From Candidatus Adlerbacteria bacterium (GTDB lineage: Bacteria; Patescibacteriota; Minisyncoccia; Phycocordibacterales; SBAW01), in assembly GCA_026397405.1 (NCBI GenBank), contig JAPLUW010000001.1:407064-471063 (forward strand): DNA of 64,000 nucleotides. Reading direction: 5' to 3'. How positions within the stretch are numbered: position 1 is the first letter of the stretch; every line of letters begins with the position of its first letter. This document shows positions 19,518-30,539 of the stretch, piece by piece. Below the pieces are notes generated by a model. That model searched no databases, was not told the origin of the DNA, and saw nothing but the letters and a program-made list of their open reading frames with translations. A program made the position numbers and the translations under genes.

Positions 19518-21281
19518 TTAGTGCGCGAACGGCGGCCATACGTGGTCTGTCTCTTTATGCCAAGCGGTGATGCTCAAAAAACGGTCACTTGGTGTTTCTA
19601 CAAACCCAAGGTCAACTCCTGCGAGGTCTTTGGGTACAATATACACGAAATCGGGCGCATAGAGAAATATCGCTGGGATGTCTTTTTTAAGCTCGGCATT
19701 AAATTTTTCGTACAGTGCTGCGCGCTTGGTGTCGTCACTTGTCTGACGTAGTTGTTCAAGTATGGTGTCGGCTGTGGCATTTGCATACAGCGCGATGTTT
19801 AACCCAGGGTCGTTGCGCTGGCTCGAGTCCCAAAAGGCAAACAAGTCGAGTTCGCGTCCCACTACTTCGCCAAACAACAATGCGTCGTACTTGCGTGGGC
19901 GGATAACATTTTGCGACAGGTCGCCCTGGTCGTACATTTGTATGTCAACACGTGCACCAACTTTTTCCCACGTCATGCGCAAATATTCTGCAGCGGCGCG
20001 CAGTTCAGGTACGTTACCTGTCGCAAGCGAAAACTCCAGAGTCTCTGTGTGTGCCGTTTTGCCGCTACCTACTGTTTTTTGCATCAACTTTTCCGGACCC
20101 ATTTTCCACCCAGCTTTTTGTAGTTCGGCTTGGGCTTTTGCTATGAGTGCATCGTTGGTTGTTGTTGCCCCCGCGTTTGTGGTGGCGTTTTGGTTCTGCA
20201 ACATGCTTGGCGGCACGGGCCCGGTTAGGGGTGTGCCGTACCCGCCGAGCACCTGGGCGACAAGTGCGTCGCGGTCTATAGAGTCGTTTAATGCTTGGCG
20301 GACATCCTTTTCACGCAGCAGCGCCGACTGATTTTGATTAAAAAATACACCAAACACGCGGTTAAGCGACGACTGGTCAACGGTAAAACCTTTCAACTGT
20401 GTAAGTGCTGCGGGCGAGATACCGCTTGCGGCCTCTATCTGGCCGCTTTTGATAGCACCAACCAGGTCGTCTTCGCTCTGGTAAAAGTGGAATGTCAAAC
20501 TTTCAAGGTAGGGCTCGCCGAGTGCGTAGCCTGCAAACGAGTCGAGTATATACGACGATGGTATTCCAGACGATGTTCTTGAAATTGAGTGCACGCGGAA
20601 CGGGCCGGAACCGACAGGTGAGGTGTTTAAGTCGCTAAATGGAATTTCGTCATCGCTGACAGTTTGCCAAAGTGCTTTTGGTAAAATTCCGAGTGTAAGG
20701 TTTGCTATAAACGGGGCATAGGGTGCCTTTAATGTAAATTGCACTGTGTGCGGGTCTAGTTCTTTTACGACAACGCCGTCCCAGTTGGCGCGTTCGGGAC
20801 TTTTAAGCTGAGGGTCTTGGGTTTTTTGTATAGTAAAGAGTACATCGTCGGCAGTGACAGGCGTCCCGTTGTGGAATGTGGCATCTGGGCGCAGTTTAAA
20901 TGTGTACGTTCTGCCGTCGTCTGAAATGGTATAGCTTTCTGCCAAGTCGGGTACGTAGTCGCCTTTTGGTGTTGCTTGCAGGAGCCCCGAATATACTAAT
21001 GCGGAAAGGTCACGGTCGGCGTCGGAAATTGCCAAAATAGGGTTGATAAACCGGGGTGCACCGATAATACCTTCCGAAAGTGTGCCGCCGCGCAGGGGAA
21101 CAGCCACAAGCAGCTGTTCGTTTAATAAGTACACAAGGCCAATGGTGCTCACGAGCAAAAGCCCTGCAAAAAAAAGGAACAGTGCGCGCCCACTTGCCGA
21201 AAAGGAACGAAAAGTGTCTTCCGCTGTTTCTATAAGCGGGGAATACCACGACTGTGAGGCCTTGCGCCAAAACGTACGCAT
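19518..21281 (-). CDS. OppA/DppA-family substrate-binding protein with TM anchor
   Basis: PDLAESYTISDDGRTYTFKLR..FHNG..VTADDV.FT; PVGSGPF. Confidence 0.88.
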   Translation of the reverse strand: MRTFWRKASQSWYSPLIETAEDTFRSFSASGRALFLFFAGLLLVSTIGLVYLLNEQLLVAVPLRGGTLSEGIIGAPRFINPILAISDADRDLSALVYSGLLQATPKGDYVPDLAESYTISDDGRTYTFKLRPDATFHNGTPVTADDVLFTIQKTQDPQLKSPERANWDGVVVKELDPHTVQFTLKAPYAPFIANLTLGILPKALWQTVSDDEIPFSDLNTSPVGSGPFRVHSISRTSSGIPSSYILDSFAGYALGEPYLESLTFHFYQSEDDLVGAIKSGQIEAASGISPAALTQLKGFTVDQSSLNRVFGVFFNQNQSALLREKDVRQALNDSIDRDALVAQVLGGYGTPLTGPVPPSMLQNQNATTNAGATTTNDALIAKAQAELQKAGWKMGPEKLMQKTVGSGKTAHTETLEFSLATGNVPELRAAAEYLRMTWEKVGARVDIQMYDQGDLSQNVIRPRKYDALLFGEVVGRELDLFAFWDSSQRNDPGLNIALYANATADTILEQLRQTSDDTKRAALYEKFNAELKKDIPAIFLYAPDFVYIVPKDLAGVDLGFVETPSDRFLSITAWHKETDHVWPPFAH

Positions 21282-21310
21282 ATATAGTTACACCCCGCGA
21301 GGGGTAAGAG

Positions 21311-21541
21311 TTAGTGGATGATGAGGGCTACAAACGCCGACAGTGCGAACAAGACGCCTACAATAAGAGTCGTATAGAAGAGATATTTTTCCATGCCGCG
21401 GCGAGTATGGTATGCCGCGCTAAAGTTGTCTCCGCCGAACGCGCCACCAAGCGATGCCCCGGTCTGTTGCAACAAGATACAGACAATAAGCAGCACGGCG
21501 AGCACTATTTGTATGTAGGGCAATATGCCCTGTAGGGTCAT
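21311..21541 (-). CDS. secG: preprotein translocase subunit SecG
   Basis: two TMs; ILLQ..GASLGGAFGG...RRGMEK. Confidence 0.9.
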   Translation of the reverse strand: MTLQGILPYIQIVLAVLLIVCILLQQTGASLGGAFGGDNFSAAYHTRRGMEKYLFYTTLIVGVLFALSAFVALIIH

Positions 21542-21627
21542 TACCTATAACCCTAGCATAGGGTAAAAAAGGGTGCAATGGTGTCAATCTTGACCCTTTC
21601 CCTTGTTCGACTATAGTTTGTACTACT

Positions 21628-22020
21628 ATGAAAAAGACTAATAAGAAGAAAGCACAAAAGCCTATTAGTAAAAAGACCGTCAAAAAAACAGTTTCTGCGG
21701 TTAGCCTTAGTAAGGATACAAACAAGTCGGGTATAACCCCTATGGGTGACCGTGTGCTTGTGCAGCCAATTTCTAAAGAAGACACAACTACGTCGTTTGG
21801 AATTATTATCCCCGACACTGTCAGCAAAGAAAAAGCTGAACAGGGCACGGTGGTGGCTGTGGGTGCCGGAAAGAAGAACGACGAAGGTAAAGTTATCCCC
21901 CTGTCGGTTAAAGTTGGAGACAAAATTATGTTTTCTAAATACGGCTTTGATGAAATTAAAGTCGCAGGTGTCGAATACTATATATTGCCCGAAAGTAGCA
22001 TTTTAGCCGTACTAAACTAA
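21628..22020 (+). CDS. groES: co-chaperonin GroES with Lys-rich N-terminal extension
   Basis: PMGDRVLV, GIIIPD, GTVVAVGAG, VKVGDKI. Confidence 0.93.
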   Translation: MKKTNKKKAQKPISKKTVKKTVSAVSLSKDTNKSGITPMGDRVLVQPISKEDTTTSFGIIIPDTVSKEKAEQGTVVAVGAGKKNDEGKVIPLSVKVGDKIMFSKYGFDEIKVAGVEYYILPESSILAVLN

Positions 22021-23682
<1,662 letters not shown>

Positions 23683-23700
23683 CGAATTCTCAAATAATTT

Positions 23701-23737
23701 CAAAAACCGCCCCTCCAAACGAAAGGGGTGGTTTTTG
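23701..23737 (+). terminator. intrinsic terminator after groEL
   Basis: CAAAAACCGCCCCT...AGGGGTGGTTTTTG. Confidence 0.75.
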
Positions 23738-23777
23738 TTTTGCACGCTGTCTATATATAAGGTACTTTGATATGCAC

Positions 23778-23865
23778 GGAGGCGTCGGATAGTGGTTTAT
23801 TCCACCATCTTGGAAAGATGGCATACCGCAAGGTATCGTGAGTTCAAATCTCACCGCCTCCGCCA
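23778..23865 (+). tRNA. tRNA-Ser(GGA)
   Basis: GGAGGCG/CGCCTCC acceptor stem, CCATC-TTGGAAA-GATGG anticodon arm, long variable arm, G73-CCA. Confidence 0.93.
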
Positions 23866-23892
23866 TAAGAAAATTGTCTATAATTGCAGTAC

Positions 23893-23982
23893 GGAGAGAT
23901 GGATGAGTGGTTTAAATCAACAGTTTACTAAACTGTCGACCCTTAATTGGGTCCGCGAGTTCGAATCTCGCTCTCTCCGCCA
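23893..23982 (+). tRNA. tRNA-Ser(ACT), island integration target
   Basis: GGAGAGA/TCTCTCC acceptor stem, ACAGT-TTACTAA-ACTGT anticodon arm, long variable arm, TTCGAAT, G73-CCA. Confidence 0.88.
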
Positions 23983-24096
23983 AAATTCGGAATTCAAATT
24001 TCCGCCAAAAATATGGTCGGCGCGAAGCGCCGTCTGTTCTGCATTCCCCCCAAAAAATTCTGATTCAGAAAGGATTTTCCACGCTCCGCGTGGCTC
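23977..24096 (+). repeat. attL arm; 120-bp inverted repeat of 25341-25460
   Basis: 119/120 identical to the reverse complement of 25341-25460 (mismatch 24058 vs 25379). Confidence 0.92.
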
Positions 24097-25319
24097 AAAA
24101 TTCGATCCTTAATTTGAAAGTTCGAACCGACTTTTTTGAACAAATGAATATTTTCCTCATTTGTTCGGTCGTTTGCCAATTCCATATTGTATTTCAAAAA
24201 CTTTTCGGTAAGTTCGAACCGATTATTCGCTTTTATACCGTCCGCAAAAAGCGTACTCGATTGGACTTCCGATTGCCGATCTTTTGCATTCTCGGCAATC
24301 ATCCAATTTGCCCAATCGAGCGGCAAAGAAACTTTTTTGATTTCCTCTTGAATTTGAGAAGTGATGAGTTCCTCGCGGACATACTTCTGCTCACAAGGAT
24401 TTTTCCGTTTGGTACACCGCAAATAGTGATGACCTTTTTGTTGCTCGGTTGTTATAAAACATCCACATTCTCCGCAACGGAAAAATCCTCTGTACAAAAA
24501 TAGTTTCAGTCCTTTGGAGTGAGGTTTACTTTTCCTCATCATCACTTCTTGAACGGAATCAAAAAGTTTCTTTGTGATAATCGGTTCGTGCTTTCCCTCA
24601 AAAATCTCTCCGTTATATCGCATTAGACCAGTGTAAATAGGATTTTTGAGAAGTTTTTGATAATTCGACACCGCAAGCTCTCTACCGCTTTTTCTTTTCA
24701 ATCCAAGCCCATTAAACTTGTCGCGGACTTCCCTCAAAGTGAAGTTTCCAGTTGCATATGCCTCAAATGTCTTTTTCACTAAAATCGAAAGTTCGGGATG
24801 AGGCACAATACCTTTTCCTTTCTCGTTCACATAGCCAATCGGAGACATTTGAGGCCATATTCCTTCCTTCACTTTGTTTCTGTGTCCGCGCTTAATATTC
24901 TCCGACAAGTTATCTACATAATACTTGGATTGCGAAAAAGCGATTGAGAGCATGAATTTCCCTTGCGGTGTCGGATCAAACCAAAAAGTTGGAAATTTCA
25001 TTTCTACGATTACGCCAGTATCAACGAGGTAGATTATTTTTCCTCCATCTACCGAGTTGCGAGCAAGTCTATCGGGATGCCACGCCAAAATACCAGACGC
25101 CTCGCCTTTTTCCATTCGCTCCACCATTTCATTAAACACAGGGCGACCTGGTATTTTGGCGGTCTGCTTTTCGACAAAGACATCAACCACTTCCAGTTGT
25201 TCTTTCAACGCGAGTTCTTTTAACTCACTCAACTGGTCGGAAATACTGCGGACTTGTCTGTCTTTGTCGTCCGTAGACTTGCGAGTATAAATGAAAAACT
25301 TTTTGGTTTGATTATTCAT
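23994..25319 (-). CDS. large serine recombinase (integrase), probably damaged (frameshift near 24097)
   Basis: IYTRKS catalytic motif, DRLARN, recombinase domain (NPIYTG...HEPII), zinc ribbon CGECG...C...C. Confidence 0.88.
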   Translation of the reverse strand: MNNQTKKFFIYTRKSTDDKDRQVRSISDQLSELKELALKEQLEVVDVFVEKQTAKIPGRPVFNEMVERMEKGEASGILAWHPDRLARNSVDGGKIIYLVDTGVIVEMKFPTFWFDPTPQGKFMLSIAFSQSKYYVDNLSENIKRGHRNKVKEGIWPQMSPIGYVNEKGKGIVPHPELSILVKKTFEAYATGNFTLREVRDKFNGLGLKRKSGRELAVSNYQKLLKNPIYTGLMRYNGEIFEGKHEPIITKKLFDSVQEVMMRKSKPHSKGLKLFLYRGFFRCGECGCFITTEQQKGHHYLRCTKRKNPCEQKYVREELITSQIQEEIKKVSLPLDWANWMIAENAKDRQSEVQSSTLFADGIKANNRFELTEKFLKYNMELANDRTNEENIHLFKKVGSNFQIKDRILSHAERGKSFLNQNFLGGMQNRRRFAPTIFLAEI

Positions 25320-25327
25320 AGATTTGT

Positions 25328-25669
25328 ATTGGCAAACGACGAGCCACGCGGAGCGTGGAAAATCCTTTCTGAATCAGAGTTTTTTGGGGGGAATGCAGAA
25401 CAGACGGCGCTTCGCGCCGACCATATTTTTGGCGGAAATTTGAATTCCGAATTTTGGCGGTGTGTATTAAACAAAGTTCGAATGTATTTTGAGTTGAATC
25501 CTGACTCCGACTAATCGCACGCGCGGAGCGCGTAGTGGCTCTGGATTGAACCGTACGCCCCGATTGCGTGGGGAAACGAACCAATGCGCCTCGGACAGTC
25601 TCCTCCCCCCACCCCTCCACCGCGAAGCGGAAAAAGAAATGGAAAGGAAATTTTTGGTTTTGCTTCGCC
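25328..25669 (+). repeat. internal inverted copy of integrase 3' end / reconstituted attP
   Basis: inverted matches: 25328-25340 to 24168-24180; 25341-25460 to 23977-24096; 25457-25538 to 35350-35431; 25583-25597 to 35335-35349; 25598-25669 to 35209-35280. Confidence 0.9.
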
Positions 25670-25750
25670 GTTGTCAATAATCTCATCTATTGTAATATAT
25701 CACATTATTGATATACGGCACAACAAACTGATACACTATAAACTGTGGAT

Positions 25751-25957
25751 ATGAAAACATCATCAATAAAACTGGGGAAAAACATAAAGCGCATACGAGA
25801 GCGAAAGAAAATGTCGCAAGGCGACATTTGTCGTGCACTCGGCTTTGATCGCGCTCAAATGAGTAATATTGAGGGCGGTAAGGGAAACCCGACACTTGCT
25901 ACTATTGAAAAAATCGCCCAAGCATTAGGAGTCGCTAGCGACGAACTTTTGAAATAA
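25751..25957 (+). CDS. XRE-family HTH transcriptional regulator
   Basis: LGKNIKRIRERKKMSQ...SNIEGGKGNPTLATIEKIAQALGV. Confidence 0.9.
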   Translation: MKTSSIKLGKNIKRIRERKKMSQGDICRALGFDRAQMSNIEGGKGNPTLATIEKIAQALGVASDELLK

Positions 25958-25959
25958 AT

Positions 25960-26823
25960 ATGACAACAAAAATATACAAATTCATACCACTCACACTGCT
26001 CGCACTATTTGTCTTCGCTCCGAGTCTTGTTCTAGCCCATCAACCTCGCATTACCGAGAGCAGGCAAACACAAGTCCCTAGTCCAGAAATTTCCAAAGCG
26101 TATTACGGCAAGCTTACCGGCGAGCCAGATGTCTATGTCATACAGGCAAGCGAGCCCTTTGATCTCTACGTCAATATACTCGTCCCCGATATTGCCGGCC
26201 AAAAGAAAGATGTCTCTGCCGTAGTCATTAAAGACGGCAATGTTGAAAAACCTCTGGCAGTTCTTGACGGTATACATTTTGAATGGAAGAAGTTTTATGA
26301 ACCTTTTGGTGCTGACAGCTACTGGATGGGGCCAGAGTACAAGGCCCGCGCAGTAGCTGGTATGTATGAGATCCGCGTATCGAGCCCAAACAACGACAGC
26401 AAGTACTCACTCGCCATCGGCGAGATAGAAGCTTTTGACGGCAAGGAGGGATTGAATGCACTCACTGTCATCCCCGAGCTAAAGAAAAACTTTTTTGAAG
26501 TATCTCCAATAAGTTTTATTAAATCACCGTTCGGCTGGGGACTTATCGTGGTTATGTATATTCTTGCGTTCATTGTGGGCTTCATCTACCGCACAATTTT
26601 GAAAAAGTTTGCCAAAAATTCTTCCCGTGGCGTTGCCCGAAATATCGGCAAGCCCGACCGCTTGCTCCGTGCGGTCATCGGCGTAGCATTACTCCTATGG
26701 GCTATCACCACCACATGGAGCCCTATCCTCATCTTCTTCTCCGGCTTCGCATTCTTTGAGTCGATATTTAGCTGGTGTGGATTTTATGCAGCTCTCGGCA
26801 AAAACACCTGCCCGGTGGAGTAA
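25960..26823 (+). CDS. membrane protein with C-terminal DUF2892/YgaP-like domain
   Basis: signal peptide; NIGKPDRLLR...WCGFYAALGKNTCP. Confidence 0.75.
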   Translation: MTTKIYKFIPLTLLALFVFAPSLVLAHQPRITESRQTQVPSPEISKAYYGKLTGEPDVYVIQASEPFDLYVNILVPDIAGQKKDVSAVVIKDGNVEKPLAVLDGIHFEWKKFYEPFGADSYWMGPEYKARAVAGMYEIRVSSPNNDSKYSLAIGEIEAFDGKEGLNALTVIPELKKNFFEVSPISFIKSPFGWGLIVVMYILAFIVGFIYRTILKKFAKNSSRGVARNIGKPDRLLRAVIGVALLLWAITTTWSPILIFFSGFAFFESIFSWCGFYAALGKNTCPVE

Positions 26824-26943
26824 AAATTTACGGCCAAAGTATCACTTGCCACTGAAGATTGGGGTTCGCAAATAGGATGGGGAGGGAATAGTGGCTATTG
26901 AAAAATAAAGTTTATAATAGAAGTAAGGACTGAAGATACATAA

Positions 26944-27210
26944 ATGGATACTATAACCATACACACGATTGCCATCATTGCGTTTATTATCTGGAGTTTT
27001 CCTCTGGGATTGTTTCGCAGTCGATTTAGGAAGATGGTCTATCAAACTGATAGCTGGTGGATTAATGTAAAGCCCGTTTTTTGGGAGGAGATCAAAGTGC
27101 TTTTTGGCTTTCATCAGCGCACGAAGAGGGCAGAGTTGCGGCTGATTAATTTCTATCGTTTTTATCTGATCGTATACTTCGCTATTTTAATTTTAATACT
27201 ATCAACCTGA
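26944..27210 (+). CDS. small membrane hypothetical protein
   Basis: 88 aa, two hydrophobic segments; TATAAT upstream. Confidence 0.65.
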   Translation: MDTITIHTIAIIAFIIWSFPLGLFRSRFRKMVYQTDSWWINVKPVFWEEIKVLFGFHQRTKRAELRLINFYRFYLIVYFAILILILST

Positions 27211-27395
27211 TAGATAAATACTACCTACACCTTGTACTCATACCATGAGAAGCCCACATGAGCGCCACCCTCCTGGCTTTTTTAGTTGGGTGGGGGAGGT
27301 GGTAGAATAAAACGTAAATTTAGTCGATATTCGTGTATAATTTACGTTTTTCTTGACTTATTTTAATAAATAGACTATAATTTGAGTAAATATTT

Positions 27396-28289
27396 ATGAA
27401 AAATATACCCAAAAAAGTCCAAAATATCATAGATTTAAAAAAGAAATTCGATGCTCTTAAAAAGGGCAAAGATTCTCTTTTAACTATTCTTGAAGATGTA
27501 GAGTTGGCGGAATCTGTTTATAACTCAAATGCTATTGAAAACAGCACACTTACTCTACCTGACACAGAAAAAATACTATTGGATCTGGAAGTTTCTAAGG
27601 ATTATTCTTTACGTGAAGTTTTTGAAGCCAAAAATCTAGCTCGTGTATATGAATACATAAAGATAAAAAAAGATAGTATTGTTCTTAATCAAAAAACAAT
27701 GCTTTTTCTCCATAGCCTGCTTATTGGTGGCATAGATGATTCGATTGCTGGCAGGTTTAGAAAAGAGAGCGAATATGTCAGAGTTGGCAAACATGTAGCT
27801 CCAGCGCCAGAACATGTAATACGAATGATCGAGGTAATTCTCGATGAATACAAATCAAATCATGATGCAAATGTATTTGCCAAGATTGCTCACTTCCATT
27901 TACAGTTTGAAACAATACATCCATTTTGTGATGGGAATGGGCGTATTGGGCGTGTATTAATAAATCTGCAACTTCAGGAATTTGGTTATCCAAATATAAT
28001 TATTCGTGATAAAGAAAAGCAAGTTTATTATAGAACTTTTACACATTTTCGTGATACAAAATCAACAAAGCAAATGGAGAAAGTTATACATCTTGCATTG
28101 TTAGAGGGTTTACACAAAAGGATTGCATATTTAGAAAGCGCAACCATAGTCACTCTTTCTGCTTACGCAAAGAAACATTCATTACCCCTTGCAAATCTTA
28201 TCAATAGCGGAAGACGACAAACTATTCCAGCTTTTCGTGAAAAGGGTATTTGGAAAATAGGAGTTGAATATAAAAAAATAGATTTATGA
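27396..28289 (+). CDS. Fic family protein (class II, N-terminal inhibitory motif)
   Basis: HPFCDGNGRIGR; SNAIEN inhibitory motif. Confidence 0.92.
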   Translation: MKNIPKKVQNIIDLKKKFDALKKGKDSLLTILEDVELAESVYNSNAIENSTLTLPDTEKILLDLEVSKDYSLREVFEAKNLARVYEYIKIKKDSIVLNQKTMLFLHSLLIGGIDDSIAGRFRKESEYVRVGKHVAPAPEHVIRMIEVILDEYKSNHDANVFAKIAHFHLQFETIHPFCDGNGRIGRVLINLQLQEFGYPNIIIRDKEKQVYYRTFTHFRDTKSTKQMEKVIHLALLEGLHKRIAYLESATIVTLSAYAKKHSLPLANLINSGRRQTIPAFREKGIWKIGVEYKKIDL

Positions 28290-28363
28290 AGAAAATTATT
28301 TAAAAATTGCAAAGGAGTATCTGTCTAAAAACTAATTTCATATACAAATGGTATAATAAATGT

Positions 28364-30034
28364 ATGAATGAAATTTTTTATACGGATGTCGCTAATGATT
28401 TGCGTACAATAATCAAAGGAGATATTTCTATCTTAGACAGTGATCGAGAAAAAGCTGCGCGAGACACAAGCCTTTTTTATGTAAAACCTCGCATTGTTGT
28501 CTACCCAAAAAGCAAAGAAGACATTGCAAGACTTGTTGCTTATGTGCATGCAAAAAAAACTAAAGATATAGATCAGGGTGTTCCGTTATCCCTCACCATG
28601 CGAGCCGCTGGTACATGTATGACCGGTGGCCCACTTTCGGAATCCATCGTCGTAGACACAATGAAATACATGAATCATGTATTTTCTGTCACCGACACAG
28701 AGGCCATAACAGAGCCGGGAGTATACTATAGTGATTTTGAGAAAAAAACTCTTGCGCACGGCTGGCTTTTGCCAAGCTATCCGGCGTCTCGTGATTTGGC
28801 TGCGATTGGAGGTATTGTCTCTAATAACTCAGGAGGTGAAAAGACACTTACCTATGGAAAGACGGAAAAGTATGTTCGCTCGCTCCGTGTTGTATTTGCA
28901 AATGGAGAAGAAGATGTTCTAGAACCACTTCATGCAGAGAAACTTATCGCAAAATGCGAAGAGCAAACTGAAAGCGGGCGAATTCATCGAGAGATATTTG
29001 CCCTTGTAAAGGACAACTATGATGTACTGCAACAAGCAAAACCGACAGTAACAAAAAATTCTTCGGGGTACTATCTTTGGAATGTCTACGATAAAGAATC
29101 AGGAGTATTTGACCTATCAAAGCTCGTTGTGGGCAGTCAGGGAACCCTTGCCTGTGTGACTGAAGCGACATTGAGTGGAATTGCCCCCAAAAAACATTCC
29201 AGAATGCTCGTTATGTTTTTGCCAGCCACAACACAACTAGGAGAAATAATTCCAAGACTTTTAAAACATACACCTGAAACCATCGAATCTTATGATGATC
29301 ATACGTTTAAAATAGCGATTAAATTCTTTGGCTCAATTGCAAAAAGCATGGGGGGTACTATGTTGACGCTCGGGTTCCAATTTTTGCCTGAGTTTTGGAT
29401 GGCAATCACTGGCGGAGTTCCAAAGATAATTCTCATGGCAGAATTTGCAGGGGATACTGAAGAAGAAGTTGCAGAGCAGGTACAGTCAGCATATAACGAG
29501 ATGAAGGTATTCGGATTTCCTATTACATTGACGCACTCGGAACAAGAAGCAAAAAAGTATTGGACATTCAGGCGCGAAAGCTTCAACCTGCTTCGCCAGA
29601 AGTTGCGAGGGTATCGAACGGCACCCACAATTGATGATATTGTCGTACACACAAAAGATCTCCCGGAGTTTCTTCCCAAACTTGAAATTATTTTTTCAAA
29701 ATATGATCTTATTTATACTGTAGCCGGACATATGGGAGATGCAAACTTTCATATTATTCCGCTTATTGACATTCATAAAGAAGGAATAGTTGAGACTCTC
29801 CACACACTCATGGATGAAGTCTATACTCTCGTATTTCAGTATGGAGGTTCTATGTCTGGAGAACATAATGACGGACTTTTACGTACCTCGTACCTTTCGC
29901 AGATGTTTAACCCTGAGATCGTACGTCTCTTTGAAAAGACAAAAGATATTTTTGACCCGCTTGCTATTTTAAACCCAGGTAAAAAAGTGTATGGAGACAA
30001 GGGTTTTGCGTGGAATCATATTGATACAAAATAA
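28364..30034 (+). CDS. FAD-binding oxidoreductase (GlcD/D-lactate dehydrogenase, VAO family)
   Basis: RAAGT..TG, IGGIVSNNSGG, GSQGTL, AGHMGDANFH, GEHNDG, FDPLAILNPGK. Confidence 0.88.
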   Translation: MNEIFYTDVANDLRTIIKGDISILDSDREKAARDTSLFYVKPRIVVYPKSKEDIARLVAYVHAKKTKDIDQGVPLSLTMRAAGTCMTGGPLSESIVVDTMKYMNHVFSVTDTEAITEPGVYYSDFEKKTLAHGWLLPSYPASRDLAAIGGIVSNNSGGEKTLTYGKTEKYVRSLRVVFANGEEDVLEPLHAEKLIAKCEEQTESGRIHREIFALVKDNYDVLQQAKPTVTKNSSGYYLWNVYDKESGVFDLSKLVVGSQGTLACVTEATLSGIAPKKHSRMLVMFLPATTQLGEIIPRLLKHTPETIESYDDHTFKIAIKFFGSIAKSMGGTMLTLGFQFLPEFWMAITGGVPKIILMAEFAGDTEEEVAEQVQSAYNEMKVFGFPITLTHSEQEAKKYWTFRRESFNLLRQKLRGYRTAPTIDDIVVHTKDLPEFLPKLEIIFSKYDLIYTVAGHMGDANFHIIPLIDIHKEGIVETLHTLMDEVYTLVFQYGGSMSGEHNDGLLRTSYLSQMFNPEIVRLFEKTKDIFDPLAILNPGKKVYGDKGFAWNHIDTK

Positions 30035-30075
30035 AAAATTTGTAGCCATTCTTAATTTTGCTATACTACAAGCAT

Positions 30076-30447
30076 ATGGAACATACAACTATACAGAGTC
30101 AGACCCCTACTCCTGAAAATAACTCGCCACTGACTCAACAAAAATGCATGGCATGCGAGGGTGGTGTCATTCCTTTTTCAAAGATAGAGGCAGATATATT
30201 ATGCAAGCAAATTCCCGGCTGGGATATTTCGCTTGATGCTAAAAGTATCGCCAAGCGATATGGTTTTAAAGACTTCAATGAAGCTCTTGTTTTTGTAAAT
30301 AAGGTTGGCGTTTTGGCTGAATCAGAGGGGCATCATCCGGACATATATCTGAAAGACTACAAATTTGTAGAGCTCACACTGTCCACCCATGCAATTAACG
30401 GACTCTCTCAAAATGATTTTATTCTTGCGGCTAAAATAGACGCCTAA
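30076..30447 (+). CDS. pterin-4a-carbinolamine dehydratase
   Basis: C..CEG, F..F..AL.FVN.VG.LAE.EGHHPD, THAINGLSQNDFILAAKID. Confidence 0.9.
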   Translation: MEHTTIQSQTPTPENNSPLTQQKCMACEGGVIPFSKIEADILCKQIPGWDISLDAKSIAKRYGFKDFNEALVFVNKVGVLAESEGHHPDIYLKDYKFVELTLSTHAINGLSQNDFILAAKIDA

Positions 30448-30539
30448 TGTACTAGTATAATTCCATTAAACTATGATTAATCATTCTCCCTGTTATAGTT
30501 CTTGCAATGAAATCATGGTGGATATTAATAAATAACATT

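Noticed and set aside
21553-21579. CIRCE-like CTAGCATAG-N9-GGGTGCAAT upstream of groES
   Set aside because: Only 11/18 match, and the left half is explained by the secG extended -10 on the other strand.
23792-24112. 106-aa ORF
   Set aside because: Overlaps two tRNA genes and attL; shadow ORF.
25254-25514. 86-aa ORF as an independent gene (e.g. directionality factor)
   Set aside because: Its 5' part is antisense to the integrase start and its 3' part is the duplicated integrase tail; no evidence for separate expression.
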